Source: a virus
Lineage: Duplodnaviria > Caudoviricetes
Strand: one strand, 5' to 3'
Virus record (IMG/VR): IMGVR_UViG_3300033485_000038
Span: 1-43,038 of that record
Length of the DNA stretch: 43,038 nucleotides
A program made the translations under genes and the position numbers. Below the pieces are notes generated by a model, which saw only the letters and a list, made by a program, of their open reading frames with translations, was not told the DNA's origin and made no database searches. Shown here in pieces: positions 16,778 to 26,076 of this stretch (the first letter of the stretch is position 1; every line of letters starts with the position of its first letter).

Positions 16778-17986
16778 ATGGCAGCTAAAATCACAGGCGG
16801 AGGTTTTCCTTCGCAAGTCAACACAGTTCAAGCCCCAGGCGTTGAAGGCGATTTCGCATCGAGCAATCCTCGTTCTACCGTGGATGCTGGCGAAGGCGCG
16901 TTCGTCGCAGGTGTCAACGGTTGTGCGGTTGGTCTGTTCGCATGGGCTGATCCAGTTCTGACCAACGAACTGAACAACTACGGCACAGGCTTGCCGACTG
17001 GTTTCATCCACCGCGAGCAACAAGGTCTGATCACCTCATTCCTTGACTACGCAACAATGGTCGTACCAGCAGGTCTACCTGTCACTGCATTCAACGGCGG
17101 CGACTTCTGGGTACGCAATGCCGGTTCCGTCTCTGCCACCATCGGCATGAAGGCTTACGCACTGAGCAACACTGGTGAAGTGACCTTCGACGTGACTGGC
17201 AGTGCGCCTATCAGCGCATCGGCAACGGCTGCAACGCTGCAACGTATCATTTCTGCCACAACTGGCGGTGCGCTGCCGACAACCAACACTGCCACCGCAT
17301 CTATCGCTGGCAACGTGTTGACCGTCACGGCAGTTGGCGCAGGTTCGGTTCTGGGTGTAGGTCAAACCATTACCGGTGCAGGCATCGACCCAGCCGCAGT
17401 CGTGTCCATTTTGGCACAACTGACAGGCACAGCGGGCGGTGTGGGTACGTATACCATCAGCCAGTCATATGGCTTCGCTGTCCCATCCACAACCATCACT
17501 ATGTCCGGTGGCGGTTTGACTCTGACTGGCGCAAACACCAGCGGCGTATTCGCAATCGGCATGACCATCAGCGGCACGAACATCCCTGCTGGCACGGTCA
17601 TCACTGGTTACGGTACAGCAACTGCTGGCGGCGCGGGTACTTACACTACCAACCAACCGGCAGTGACCGCCGCAACCGCATCCACCATCACCGCAACCAG
17701 CGCGATGTTCCTGACAGTGGCCGGCACGCTGACTGGCACATGGCATCTGAACGATGTGCTGACTGGTACAACCGTATCGGCTGATCAAGCTATCGTGGCG
17801 ACTGCTGTCGAGAATGCGAATCTGACTGGTCTGGGCGGTGCGGGTACTTATCTGACTAACGTGTATCAGGCTGCGCTGACTTCGCAAACGATTGGCGCGA
17901 ATGCCGGTGTGGAAACCACATGGGTTGCCCAATCCGTCGGCGCACCCGGCGAATTGGTCAAATTCAAAAACTCGGCTAACGTTTAA
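16778..17986 (+). CDS. Head decoration/cement protein with inserted repeat modules
   Basis: APGVEGDFASSNP...GFIHREQQG...GDFWV and VET.W...GELVK; position before capsid. Confidence 0.8.
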   Translation: MAAKITGGGFPSQVNTVQAPGVEGDFASSNPRSTVDAGEGAFVAGVNGCAVGLFAWADPVLTNELNNYGTGLPTGFIHREQQGLITSFLDYATMVVPAGLPVTAFNGGDFWVRNAGSVSATIGMKAYALSNTGEVTFDVTGSAPISASATAATLQRIISATTGGALPTTNTATASIAGNVLTVTAVGAGSVLGVGQTITGAGIDPAAVVSILAQLTGTAGGVGTYTISQSYGFAVPSTTITMSGGGLTLTGANTSGVFAIGMTISGTNIPAGTVITGYGTATAGGAGTYTTNQPAVTAATASTITATSAMFLTVAGTLTGTWHLNDVLTGTTVSADQAIVATAVENANLTGLGGAGTYLTNVYQAALTSQTIGANAGVETTWVAQSVGAPGELVKFKNSANV

Positions 17987-18003
17987 TTTCAAGGATAGAT
18001 AAC

Positions 18004-19095
18004 ATGAAAATTGATCAGACTCTCGCCAAGCACTCCTTGGACGAACACAAACGTCAGTTCGGCATCGACACAGGTGCCATCGGCTTCATCGAGCCAGCGT
18101 GGAAGACAGACTTCTCGCTGGCGATGGATGCTCAGCCAACACTGATCTCCGCACCTAACGGCGCCATTCCGGCGTTCCTGACCACATTCGTCGATCCTGA
18201 CGTATTGCGTATCTTGACCGCGAAGAACGCCGCCGCACGTATCTACGGTGAAGAGCGCAAAGGCTCTTTCGTTGACGCAACCGTAGTTTTCCCGGTTGTC
18301 GAAATCACCGGCGAAGTGTCCAGCTATGGTGACTTCAACCAGAACGGCCGTTCTTCGGCCAACACCAACTTCCCTCAACGCGAGGCGTATCTGTTCCAGA
18401 CCGTCATCGAGTGGGGTGAACTGGAATTGGAACGTGCTGGTCTGGCTAAAATCGGCTGGGCTTCCGAACTGAAGCAAGCATCCATCCAAACGCTGTCCAA
18501 GTTTATGAACTTGACCGCCTTCCTCGGCGTTCAAGGTCTGCAGAACTACGGCACGTTGAACTCCCCAGGTCTGGCTCCAGCATTGGCTCCAGCACCGAAG
18601 GCGTACAACAGCAATGCGTCTGGTCCGTGGATTACCAACGGTTCCGTGACGGCTACTGCAAACGAAGTGTATGCAGATATCCAAGCACTGTTCATCGCGC
18701 TGGTCAATCAGTCCAATGGCAACATTGACGCTGAAAGTGATCTGGTGCTGGCCATGTCGCCGAAGTCAGCAACGGCTTTGACCACAACCAACACCTTCAA
18801 CGTGAACGTCCACGACTTGCTGAAGAAGAACTTCCCGAAACTGCGCATCGAAACGGCTGTGCAATTCGGGGCGTTGTCTTCCAGCAATTCGCAAGGTTCC
18901 GCTGCAGGTGAAATCGTTCAGATGTTTGCCGAAACAGTTGAAGGTCAGAAAACGGTTTACACCGCGTACAACGAAAAACTGCGTGCGGGTCCAGTGATTC
19001 GTGATCTTTCATCCTACAAGCAGAAAGCCACCTCGGGCTCGTGGGGTTCGATCGTTCGTCAACCGTTCGCATTCGCAACAATGTTGGGTGTGTAA
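18004..19095 (+). CDS. Major capsid protein (DUF2184-type)
   Basis: AMDAQP...IPAFLTTFVDP, GEVSSYGD, YGTLNSP; size and position. Confidence 0.9.
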   Translation: MKIDQTLAKHSLDEHKRQFGIDTGAIGFIEPAWKTDFSLAMDAQPTLISAPNGAIPAFLTTFVDPDVLRILTAKNAAARIYGEERKGSFVDATVVFPVVEITGEVSSYGDFNQNGRSSANTNFPQREAYLFQTVIEWGELELERAGLAKIGWASELKQASIQTLSKFMNLTAFLGVQGLQNYGTLNSPGLAPALAPAPKAYNSNASGPWITNGSVTATANEVYADIQALFIALVNQSNGNIDAESDLVLAMSPKSATALTTTNTFNVNVHDLLKKNFPKLRIETAVQFGALSSSNSQGSAAGEIVQMFAETVEGQKTVYTAYNEKLRAGPVIRDLSSYKQKATSGSWGSIVRQPFAFATMLGV

Positions 19096-19104
19096 GTAGC
19101 AACC

Positions 19105-19167
19105 GAGCGGCCTGAGTAATCGGGCTGCTCAGAATGTATCGCGCTGTGTTACGATACATTCTGAGCA
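19105..19167 (+). terminator. Two overlapping hairpins after the capsid gene
   Basis: GAGCGGCCTGA/TCGGGCTGCTC and a perfect 16-bp stem 19126-19141/19152-19167; no T-tract. Confidence 0.5.
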
Positions 19168-19234
19168 ATCGTGCTCACAATAGGCTCCGTGGACAGGTAC
19201 GGACTTTCACCGCATTTCTCAAGAGGAAATCATC

Positions 19235-19708
19235 ATGGCAGACCCAAAGGCAACATCAGGTAAAACAGTTTCAGTGGCTTGCAAACTCCCGCACGGTCTC
19301 GTGCTCCGCGTATTCAACATGGTTGAACGCGATGAGCCGGTTATGGGCGGAGGCTTCCGCAAGGCTCGCATGGCCGAAGAACGCGCGGAACGATTCGTCG
19401 TTCACGGCTTCTCGCATGCGCAAAATGCCGCCCCCCACTGCACGATCGTGGCCGGGTACGCCATTACCAGCGGCATCCCCGAAGAACACTGGGACTTATG
19501 GTTGTCGCAGAACAAGAATTCGGACATGGTTCGAAACGGACTCATCTTCGCGCAGAACAGTACCGCGTCGATCACTGACAATGCGAAAGACGGCCACAAA
19601 ATCAAATCCGGTCTGGAGCGTCTTGACCCGACTAAGTTGCCGAAAGCGTTGTCCACATCGGACATGATGAACGCTGATCTGGCGCGACAGATCGCGGTGC
19701 AAGCATAG
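19235..19708 (+). CDS. Conserved head-associated protein
   Basis: VACKLPHGL...GLIFA...SGLERLDP; follows the capsid gene. Confidence 0.8.
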   Translation: MADPKATSGKTVSVACKLPHGLVLRVFNMVERDEPVMGGGFRKARMAEERAERFVVHGFSHAQNAAPHCTIVAGYAITSGIPEEHWDLWLSQNKNSDMVRNGLIFAQNSTASITDNAKDGHKIKSGLERLDPTKLPKALSTSDMMNADLARQIAVQA

Positions 19709-19717
19709 GAGTGAATC

Positions 19718-20161
19718 ATGGCGGCAGGGGTTGTAGTTTTTGTGTATGCAGACTGGGCGGCACGGTATCCAGAACTCGCCGCATGGTGCAGCTCCACGCT
19801 CTCGCAATTGTATTTCAATGAAGCAACTCTCTATTGTGACAACACGCTGACCAGTCCCATCGCCGACGTGTCGCTGCGCACACCGATGCTGTATATGGTG
19901 ACGAGTCACATCGCCGCGATGAACGCGTCGCTCAATGGGGTGCAGTCGTCGCCATTGGTCGGTCGCATCAGTGACGCAACCGAAGGATCTGTGACTGTCA
20001 AGGCGCAGATGGACTTTTTGCCAGGTTCTGCTCAATGGTGGAATCAGACAAAATATGGTGCGGCGTTTTGGGCCGCAACACTGCAATATCGTTTGGCAAG
20101 ATATACGCCGGGGCCGGTTCGCACTTTCCAGCCTTACGGTGTACGATTAGGCCGGTATTAA
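19718..20161 (+). CDS. Head-tail adaptor (DUF4054-like)
   Basis: YPEL...VGRISDATEGSV...WWNQTKYGAAFW. Confidence 0.85.
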   Translation: MAAGVVVFVYADWAARYPELAAWCSSTLSQLYFNEATLYCDNTLTSPIADVSLRTPMLYMVTSHIAAMNASLNGVQSSPLVGRISDATEGSVTVKAQMDFLPGSAQWWNQTKYGAAFWAATLQYRLARYTPGPVRTFQPYGVRLGRY

Positions 20162-20181
20162 CCTTTCTCTAGGAGCGCAAC

Positions 20182-20736
20182 ATGAAAAAAGTAATTCAAG
20201 CCATCATCGCATTCGCATGTGTCGCCATGCTCGGTATGTCGTGGGTCAACGCCGCATCCATCCCGCAGCCGTTCTCTACGTTACCATACGTGTATGACAG
20301 CGCGTTCCCCGCAGCGCAGATGAACACCGACTTCGCGTATGCGCTGGGCTACACTGATACCACCGCCGCCAGCGCAGCAAGTGCGGCCACATCGGGTCAG
20401 ATGACGGGCAACGCGGCGACAGCATCCGCAGTGATCCCAACATGGTCAGTCACGGCAACATCTGGCGTGGTCGCAAGTGGCACATATACTGCAGTTAACA
20501 CAGCAGCGGCTGCTGTGACGATAACCTTGCCTGCATCCGCCGCCGCGAGTAGCGCGACAATGCTAGATGCGAAAAACACGTTTGGCACAAACAATCTGAC
20601 GATCAATGCGCCGAGTGGCGTGAATCTGAACAGTGCATCAGGGGCGCCTGCAGCGGCAGTGTTCGCCACTAGCGGTGTCATGGTGTCCTGCTCGTATCTG
20701 AATGCTGACATCGGATACCGCTGCATCGGCATGTAA
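20182..20736 (+). CDS. Signal-peptide protein with fibre-like beta domain
   Basis: MKKVIQAIIAFACVAMLGMSWVNA signal; VTITLPA...D...TFGTNNLTI. Confidence 0.75.
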   Translation: MKKVIQAIIAFACVAMLGMSWVNAASIPQPFSTLPYVYDSAFPAAQMNTDFAYALGYTDTTAASAASAATSGQMTGNAATASAVIPTWSVTATSGVVASGTYTAVNTAAAAVTITLPASAAASSATMLDAKNTFGTNNLTINAPSGVNLNSASGAPAAAVFATSGVMVSCSYLNADIGYRCIGM

Positions 20737-21323
20737 TGTCCACCGCGTCGTTCAAAGGCGGAGACAAACTCCGCGCACATCTGGCGAAGCTGACCGCAGG
20801 CTTAAAAACAGCCTCGTCTGTGGATGTGGGGTGGAACAAAGAAGCGACGTATGGACCTGAACATGGTGGTCAATATGTCGCTTCAGTCGCCGCGATGAAC
20901 GAGTGGGGTGGGGCATTTACCGTACCCGAACACGAACAAACAATCACTCGCCAGATGAAAGACTCGGGTGAGTTTTCTAAAGGCGCGAAATTCGTCAAGG
21001 CATCGAAGGGTAACTTCCAGACGACGCACACCATTCCCGCACACACCGTCACGGTGCCAGCTCGACCGTTCTTTCGGTCGATGATTGCCGCCAAACAACC
21101 CGAGTGGGCGAATGGCGTTGGCAATGCGCTCAATGTGTATGATTTCGACACCGAGAAAGCCCTGAGTGCAATGGGTGAGACGATTCGATCGCAGTTGTCA
21201 GACTCGATTCGCGACTTCAACTCACCTAGAAACGCACCGAGCACTATCGCACGCAAGGGGTTTGATAACCCACTCATCGACTCAGGTCACATGATGAATT
21301 CTACGAATTATTGGGTGAAATAG
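20736..21323 (+). CDS. Neck/virion morphogenesis protein
   Basis: PARPFFR...NAPSTIARKGFDNPLIDSG. Confidence 0.85.
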   Translation: MSTASFKGGDKLRAHLAKLTAGLKTASSVDVGWNKEATYGPEHGGQYVASVAAMNEWGGAFTVPEHEQTITRQMKDSGEFSKGAKFVKASKGNFQTTHTIPAHTVTVPARPFFRSMIAAKQPEWANGVGNALNVYDFDTEKALSAMGETIRSQLSDSIRDFNSPRNAPSTIARKGFDNPLIDSGHMMNSTNYWVK

Positions 21324-21324
21324 C

Positions 21325-21714
21325 ATGAACCTGCACGGTATCGCCCAAGGTTACGTCGCAGCGGTGAACCCGCCGCTGATGTGCTCACTAGAGGCATCGA
21401 CCGGATACGGCACAGATACGGATGGCTCTCGCGTTCCGACATACGCAACCCCCGTACAAGTGCTAGTTCAGTGCCAAGCGTTGAGCTACACCGACTTGCA
21501 ACAGATCAGCGGCTTGGATATTCAAGGCAAACGTCTGGCGATGTACGTACAGGGTACATGGAACGGCATTGTTCGTGACGAACAGAAGGGTGGCGACATC
21601 ATCACCCTGCCAGACGGCACACGTTGGTTGGCCGCGTACATCCTTGAGAACTGGGGTCTGACTGCCGGCTGGACTAAAATTGTCGCAACACAACAGAACA
21701 ACCTTCAATTATGA
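21325..21714 (+). CDS. Head closure/completion protein
   Basis: MNLHGIA...QCQALS...KGGDII; synteny. Confidence 0.75.
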   Translation: MNLHGIAQGYVAAVNPPLMCSLEASTGYGTDTDGSRVPTYATPVQVLVQCQALSYTDLQQISGLDIQGKRLAMYVQGTWNGIVRDEQKGGDIITLPDGTRWLAAYILENWGLTAGWTKIVATQQNNLQL

Positions 21715-22670
21715 CCGCCCCCGTCGTATCGATCACCGAGTCGCAGATGCTTACGGCATTGCGTACCGCGCTGCTTGCGATCATGCCCGTCGGCACCGAG
21801 ATCATCAAAGGGCAAGGTAATCGAGTACCTGAACCCGGTGCAGGTAATTTCGTAACGATGACACCATGGCTGCGTGAGCGGCTTGAATGGAACACCGACA
21901 CGTACAGCGACATCGAGACGATCGGCTTCACCATATTGAACGGTGCTCCGCAGATCGGCGATACGCTGGTGAATAGCACTCTGACAGCCAGCGCGACAGT
22001 CCTGTCAGTCGATCCGATCACCATCACGCTGACAGCTGGTGCAGGAACGTTCGCGACATTGGATGGGGTGGTGAACCAGACTACAGGTCTACCCGTAGGA
22101 CTCGTCGCGTCAGTATCGGTCACGGGGGGCGTGGAGACGATTGTTGTCGAAGCGTTGTCATCAATACCGTCCGTGGCGGACATACTGACCAACATCACGG
22201 CCAGTGCCAACGGAACGGTGCTGACTGTATCGGGTACGAATGTAGTGCTGACTCCAGGCGCGGGCGGTTATTTCGCAATCGGCGATATCGTGACCGATTC
22301 GACAACTGGCGCATTGATTGGAACGACCACCGCCGTTTCGTATGGTGGCAATGCGATATTGCAGCCGACCCAAATCACTACACAACTCAACGTGCATGGT
22401 TTGAACGGCGCGAACAATGCGCAGGTCATAACATCGGTGTTTCGCGACCAGTACGGCGTGGATCTGTTCAACCTGTCGGGATTGGACATATCGCCACTGT
22501 ATGCAAGTGACCCTCGCCAGATACCGTTCGTCAATGCTGAACAATTTACCGAATACCGCTGGGTCGTCGACGTAGTGGTTCAGTGCAACATTTTTGTCGT
22601 AGTGCCTGTACAATTTGCCACGAGTGCTGTGGTGGGTCTAGTTAATGTGGATGTGGCATATCCCGCATAA
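21711..22670 (+). CDS. Tail completion/terminator-like protein with internal two-repeat insertion
   Basis: GQGNRVPEP...PLYASDPRQIPF.NAEQ..E.RW; precedes the sheath. Confidence 0.75.
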   Translation: MTAPVVSITESQMLTALRTALLAIMPVGTEIIKGQGNRVPEPGAGNFVTMTPWLRERLEWNTDTYSDIETIGFTILNGAPQIGDTLVNSTLTASATVLSVDPITITLTAGAGTFATLDGVVNQTTGLPVGLVASVSVTGGVETIVVEALSSIPSVADILTNITASANGTVLTVSGTNVVLTPGAGGYFAIGDIVTDSTTGALIGTTTAVSYGGNAILQPTQITTQLNVHGLNGANNAQVITSVFRDQYGVDLFNLSGLDISPLYASDPRQIPFVNAEQFTEYRWVVDVVVQCNIFVVVPVQFATSAVVGLVNVDVAYPA

Positions 22671-22694
22671 TCACTTTTTATTTGGAGAATACAG

Positions 22695-24818
22695 ATGGCC
22701 AGCATTCCAGCATCACAGATCGTTAACGTAAACCCACAGGTCATCGGCACAGGTGGCGCGGCACTGGATCTCGTAGGTTTGGTGCTGACAACCAGCACGC
22801 GCGTTCCGTTGGGTCAAGTGCTGTCGTTCTCGACACAGTTGTCCGTGGCCACGTATTTTGGCTCGACTTCACCAGAAGCGTCTGCTGCCGCGACATATTT
22901 CGCAGGCTTCGATAACTCGAACGTGAAGCCGGGAAGCATGCTGATCGCGCAATACAACCAATCAGCAGTCGCAGCATACCTGCGCGGCGCGAGCGTTGCC
23001 GCATTGACGCTGGCACAACTGCAGGCTATCTCGGGCAATATCACGATCGTCATTGACGGCAACACTCACGTCGCAGCGATCAACCTTGCCGCCGCAACCA
23101 GTTTCTCATCTGCTGCCACCATCATCCAGACCGCACTCAATCTCGCCGTAGTGGTGACAGGTAGCGTCGCTGCGAACGTCGTGACAGCTTCTATCGCGCC
23201 AAACAGCGTGACAGGTTCTATCGCGGGCACGACCATGACAGTGAGTGCCGTTGCTACCGGCTGTTTGGCTGCAGGACAAGCAGTCACAGGTGTTTCGGTC
23301 GCGTCCGGAACGACCATTGTTGCGCAACTGACCGGCACGGTCGGAGGCGCTGGTACATACCAAGTGTCCGTGTCGCAGACCGTGACCAGCCGTGCGCTTG
23401 CCACGTCCGGTGGTGGCTTGACAGTCACCGCTGTGACAAGCGGCACATTGGCTGTCGGACAGATCATATCCGGCACTGGCATCACATCTGGCACCACTAT
23501 CGTTGCGGTCGGCACCGGTGCTGGCGGTACAGGCACATACGCCGTATCGGTTGCTCAAACCGCGACAAGCACCGCCGTCACCGCATCGGGCGGCACACTG
23601 ACGGTGACTGGTGTGACCTCGGGCATCCTCGGTCTGGGTAATGAGATTAGCGGCACTAACATTACGGCAGGCAGCACTATCACCGCGTTCCTGACAGGCG
23701 CAGGTGGCACAGGCACGTATCTGGTCAGCGTGGGCGACACGGCCACGAGCACGACCATCACTGTGGTCGGTGCTGGGCCGACTGTTGTCTACGATTCGGT
23801 GTCCGGTGCGTTCGTACTCACATCCTCGCTGACCGGTGCATTGTCAACAATGGCGTATGCGTCCGGTGCGGTTGCGACGAGTTTGAGCCTGACCGCAGCA
23901 ACTGGCGCCGTTCTCTCTCAAGGTGCCGCCGCCACAACCCCGACCACCTTTATGAACGCGATCATCGCGAAGTTCACCAACTGGGTGTCGTTCATGACCA
24001 TGTTCGACCCGGATGGCGGCTCGGGTAACACTGTGAAGCTGGAGTTCGCTGCATGGACGAATGCTCAGAATAACCGCTACGCGTATGTCGTGTGGGACAC
24101 TGACATCACGCCGACTCTTTCGACTACGGCTACGTCTAGTCTGGGTAACATCCTCACTACGACAGAATCGTCGGGCACGATCGTCATCTACGCGCCCAAT
24201 TACACGAAAGCAGCATTTGTTTGCGGCATGATCGCTTCGATCGACTTCACCCAACTGAATGGGCGGATCACTATGGCGTTCAAGAGCCAATCCGGCATGA
24301 CGCTGGATGTGACTGATGTGACCGTGGCGTCGAATCTGATCGCGAACGGCTACAACTTCTACGGCGCGTATGCCACGGCGAATCAGCAATTCAATTTCTT
24401 CAATCCGGGAACCGTGACCGGTCAATATCTGTGGGCCGATGCGTATATCAACCAGATTTGGCTGAACAACGCGTTCCAGCTCGCGCTGATGAGCATGCTG
24501 ACGCAGCTCAAAGCCGTTCCGTATAACCAAACCGGATACAGCATCATTCGTGCAGCGTGCATGGACCCGATCGCTCAAGGTCTGAACTTCGGCGCGTTCT
24601 CGGGCGGCACACAGTTGTCATCGTTGCAGATCGCGCAAGTCAACTCTGCTGCAGGTTTGCAGATTGACCAGACGCTCGCTGCGACAGGTTACTACTTGCA
24701 AATCCTGCCAGCCACGGCGCAAGTACGTGGTGCGCGACAATCGCCGCCTATGACCTTCTTTTACACAGATGCGGGCGCTGTGCAGCACATCGAACTGGCT
24801 TCTGTTGCAGTCCAATAA
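22695..24818 (+). CDS. Tail sheath protein (DUF3383-type) with inserted repeat modules
   Basis: [50 protein letters not shown]. Confidence 0.92.
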   Translation: MASIPASQIVNVNPQVIGTGGAALDLVGLVLTTSTRVPLGQVLSFSTQLSVATYFGSTSPEASAAATYFAGFDNSNVKPGSMLIAQYNQSAVAAYLRGASVAALTLAQLQAISGNITIVIDGNTHVAAINLAAATSFSSAATIIQTALNLAVVVTGSVAANVVTASIAPNSVTGSIAGTTMTVSAVATGCLAAGQAVTGVSVASGTTIVAQLTGTVGGAGTYQVSVSQTVTSRALATSGGGLTVTAVTSGTLAVGQIISGTGITSGTTIVAVGTGAGGTGTYAVSVAQTATSTAVTASGGTLTVTGVTSGILGLGNEISGTNITAGSTITAFLTGAGGTGTYLVSVGDTATSTTITVVGAGPTVVYDSVSGAFVLTSSLTGALSTMAYASGAVATSLSLTAATGAVLSQGAAATTPTTFMNAIIAKFTNWVSFMTMFDPDGGSGNTVKLEFAAWTNAQNNRYAYVVWDTDITPTLSTTATSSLGNILTTTESSGTIVIYAPNYTKAAFVCGMIASIDFTQLNGRITMAFKSQSGMTLDVTDVTVASNLIANGYNFYGAYATANQQFNFFNPGTVTGQYLWADAYINQIWLNNAFQLALMSMLTQLKAVPYNQTGYSIIRAACMDPIAQGLNFGAFSGGTQLSSLQIAQVNSAAGLQIDQTLAATGYYLQILPATAQVRGARQSPPMTFFYTDAGAVQHIELASVAVQ

Positions 24819-24843
24819 ATCAACCTCACGATAAGGAACTGAC

Positions 24844-25275
24844 ATGGCAACTTTAACATCGGCCAATAGCGTATTGGCCATCGGAGTGACCGGACTGTAC
24901 GGCGTGGCCCAAGTGCTGAAGGGCTTCGCCGAAGGTGACGCATATTCAATCGACACCGTTGACGTGGCTGAGACAGCACTAGGTGTTGACGGCATCCTGT
25001 CCGCAGGCTACGTGCCGCAGCGTATGGTGATGAACGTGAGCATCCAGGGTGATAGCACTTCGATCAATTTCTTCGAGGCGTGGTACGCCGCGCAAGAAGC
25101 CGCTCGTGACGTGTTCCCTGCGTTCGGCGTAATCACACAACCCGCCGTTGCCCGCAGTTACACGCTGTCGCGCGGCTGGTTGAAGAACTACGCACCTATC
25201 AGCGACGCTAAGAAAATCTTGCAGCCTCGCAAGTTTCAGATAGAATGGAACACCGTTGTACCTGTTCCGCTGTAA
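24844..25275 (+). CDS. Tail tube protein
   Basis: TLTSAN...GVDGILSAGYVP...AKKILQPR; follows the sheath. Confidence 0.85.
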   Translation: MATLTSANSVLAIGVTGLYGVAQVLKGFAEGDAYSIDTVDVAETALGVDGILSAGYVPQRMVMNVSIQGDSTSINFFEAWYAAQEAARDVFPAFGVITQPAVARSYTLSRGWLKNYAPISDAKKILQPRKFQIEWNTVVPVPL

Positions 25276-25290
25276 TTCATTCTGATGCAG

Positions 25291-25319
25291 TTGACATGCC
25301 CGAGGGTTGAGTATAAATT
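25291..25319 (+). promoter_or_regulatory. Putative internal promoter TTGACA-17-TAAATT
   Basis: Consensus -35 in intergenic DNA. Confidence 0.55.
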
Positions 25320-25383
25320 GACGGTTCTACCGAAAAATCATCTCAACCTTTCAGGGGGAATGAATCATGCGTAAATAACGAAC

Positions 25384-25408
25384 AGGACGCTCGATGGGCG
25401 TCCTTTTT
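25384..25408 (+). terminator. Intrinsic terminator
   Basis: AGGACGCTC-gat-GGGCGTCCT-TTTT. Confidence 0.8.
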
Positions 25409-25429
25409 CAATTCATTCTGAGGTAACGT

Positions 25430-25945
25430 ATGGCACGTAAGCAGATTCTGATCACCATTGAAGACGAAGGTCGCGACAAGGGTAGGCTGTACCAGTTACA
25501 GGAGATGCCTGCCCGCCAGTCCGAATGGTGGGGCTTACGCTTCATGACCGCGCTGTGTAACAGCAATGTGGAGATGCCGCAAGAACTCGTCGGCGCAGGT
25601 TTGGCGGGTATTGCGGCACTCGGTGTGCGCTTCGTGCTGGGTACGTTGGGTAAGCCTGAGATGAAAGAACTGCACGATGAGATGTTCGAGTCGTGCGTGT
25701 CGTTTATTCCGGATCCAGCGCGTCCACACGAACCCGCGTTCATGCGTGGCAAGAACGGCAACGTCCCGATGATCGAGGATGACGTTGAAGAACAGCAGAC
25801 CTTGCGCCGCTTGCGCGAAGAGATTCTGAAGATGCATTTGGATTTTTTTCCACCCGCCGTCCGCTCAATCTTGGAGGTCATAGTGGCAACGGCGAGCAAG
25901 AATATCACCGATACCCTAACGTCCCCGCCGCCATCGGAGCAGTAG
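25430..25945 (+). CDS. Tail assembly chaperone (short form, lambda G analogue)
   Basis: GRDKG..Y.L.EMPA...W; between tube and tape measure. Confidence 0.85.
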   Translation: MARKQILITIEDEGRDKGRLYQLQEMPARQSEWWGLRFMTALCNSNVEMPQELVGAGLAGIAALGVRFVLGTLGKPEMKELHDEMFESCVSFIPDPARPHEPAFMRGKNGNVPMIEDDVEEQQTLRRLREEILKMHLDFFPPAVRSILEVIVATASKNITDTLTSPPPSEQ

Positions 25946-26076
25946 TATCGGCGCGTCTTGCGACGTTGATTGAATTGGACACCGTGCTGGGTGCGGAAGA
26001 TTTGTACGATCTGCTTGAGATTATCAACGTCGATGCGGCGAATCAGCGTATCGCTAACGAAACAAAGGACAAGTGA
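25430..26076 (+). CDS. Tail assembly chaperone, -1 frameshifted long form (GT analogue)
   Basis: In-frame T TTT TTT at 25843-25849; -1 frame open to TGA 26074-26076, which overlaps the tape-measure ATG. Confidence 0.8.
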
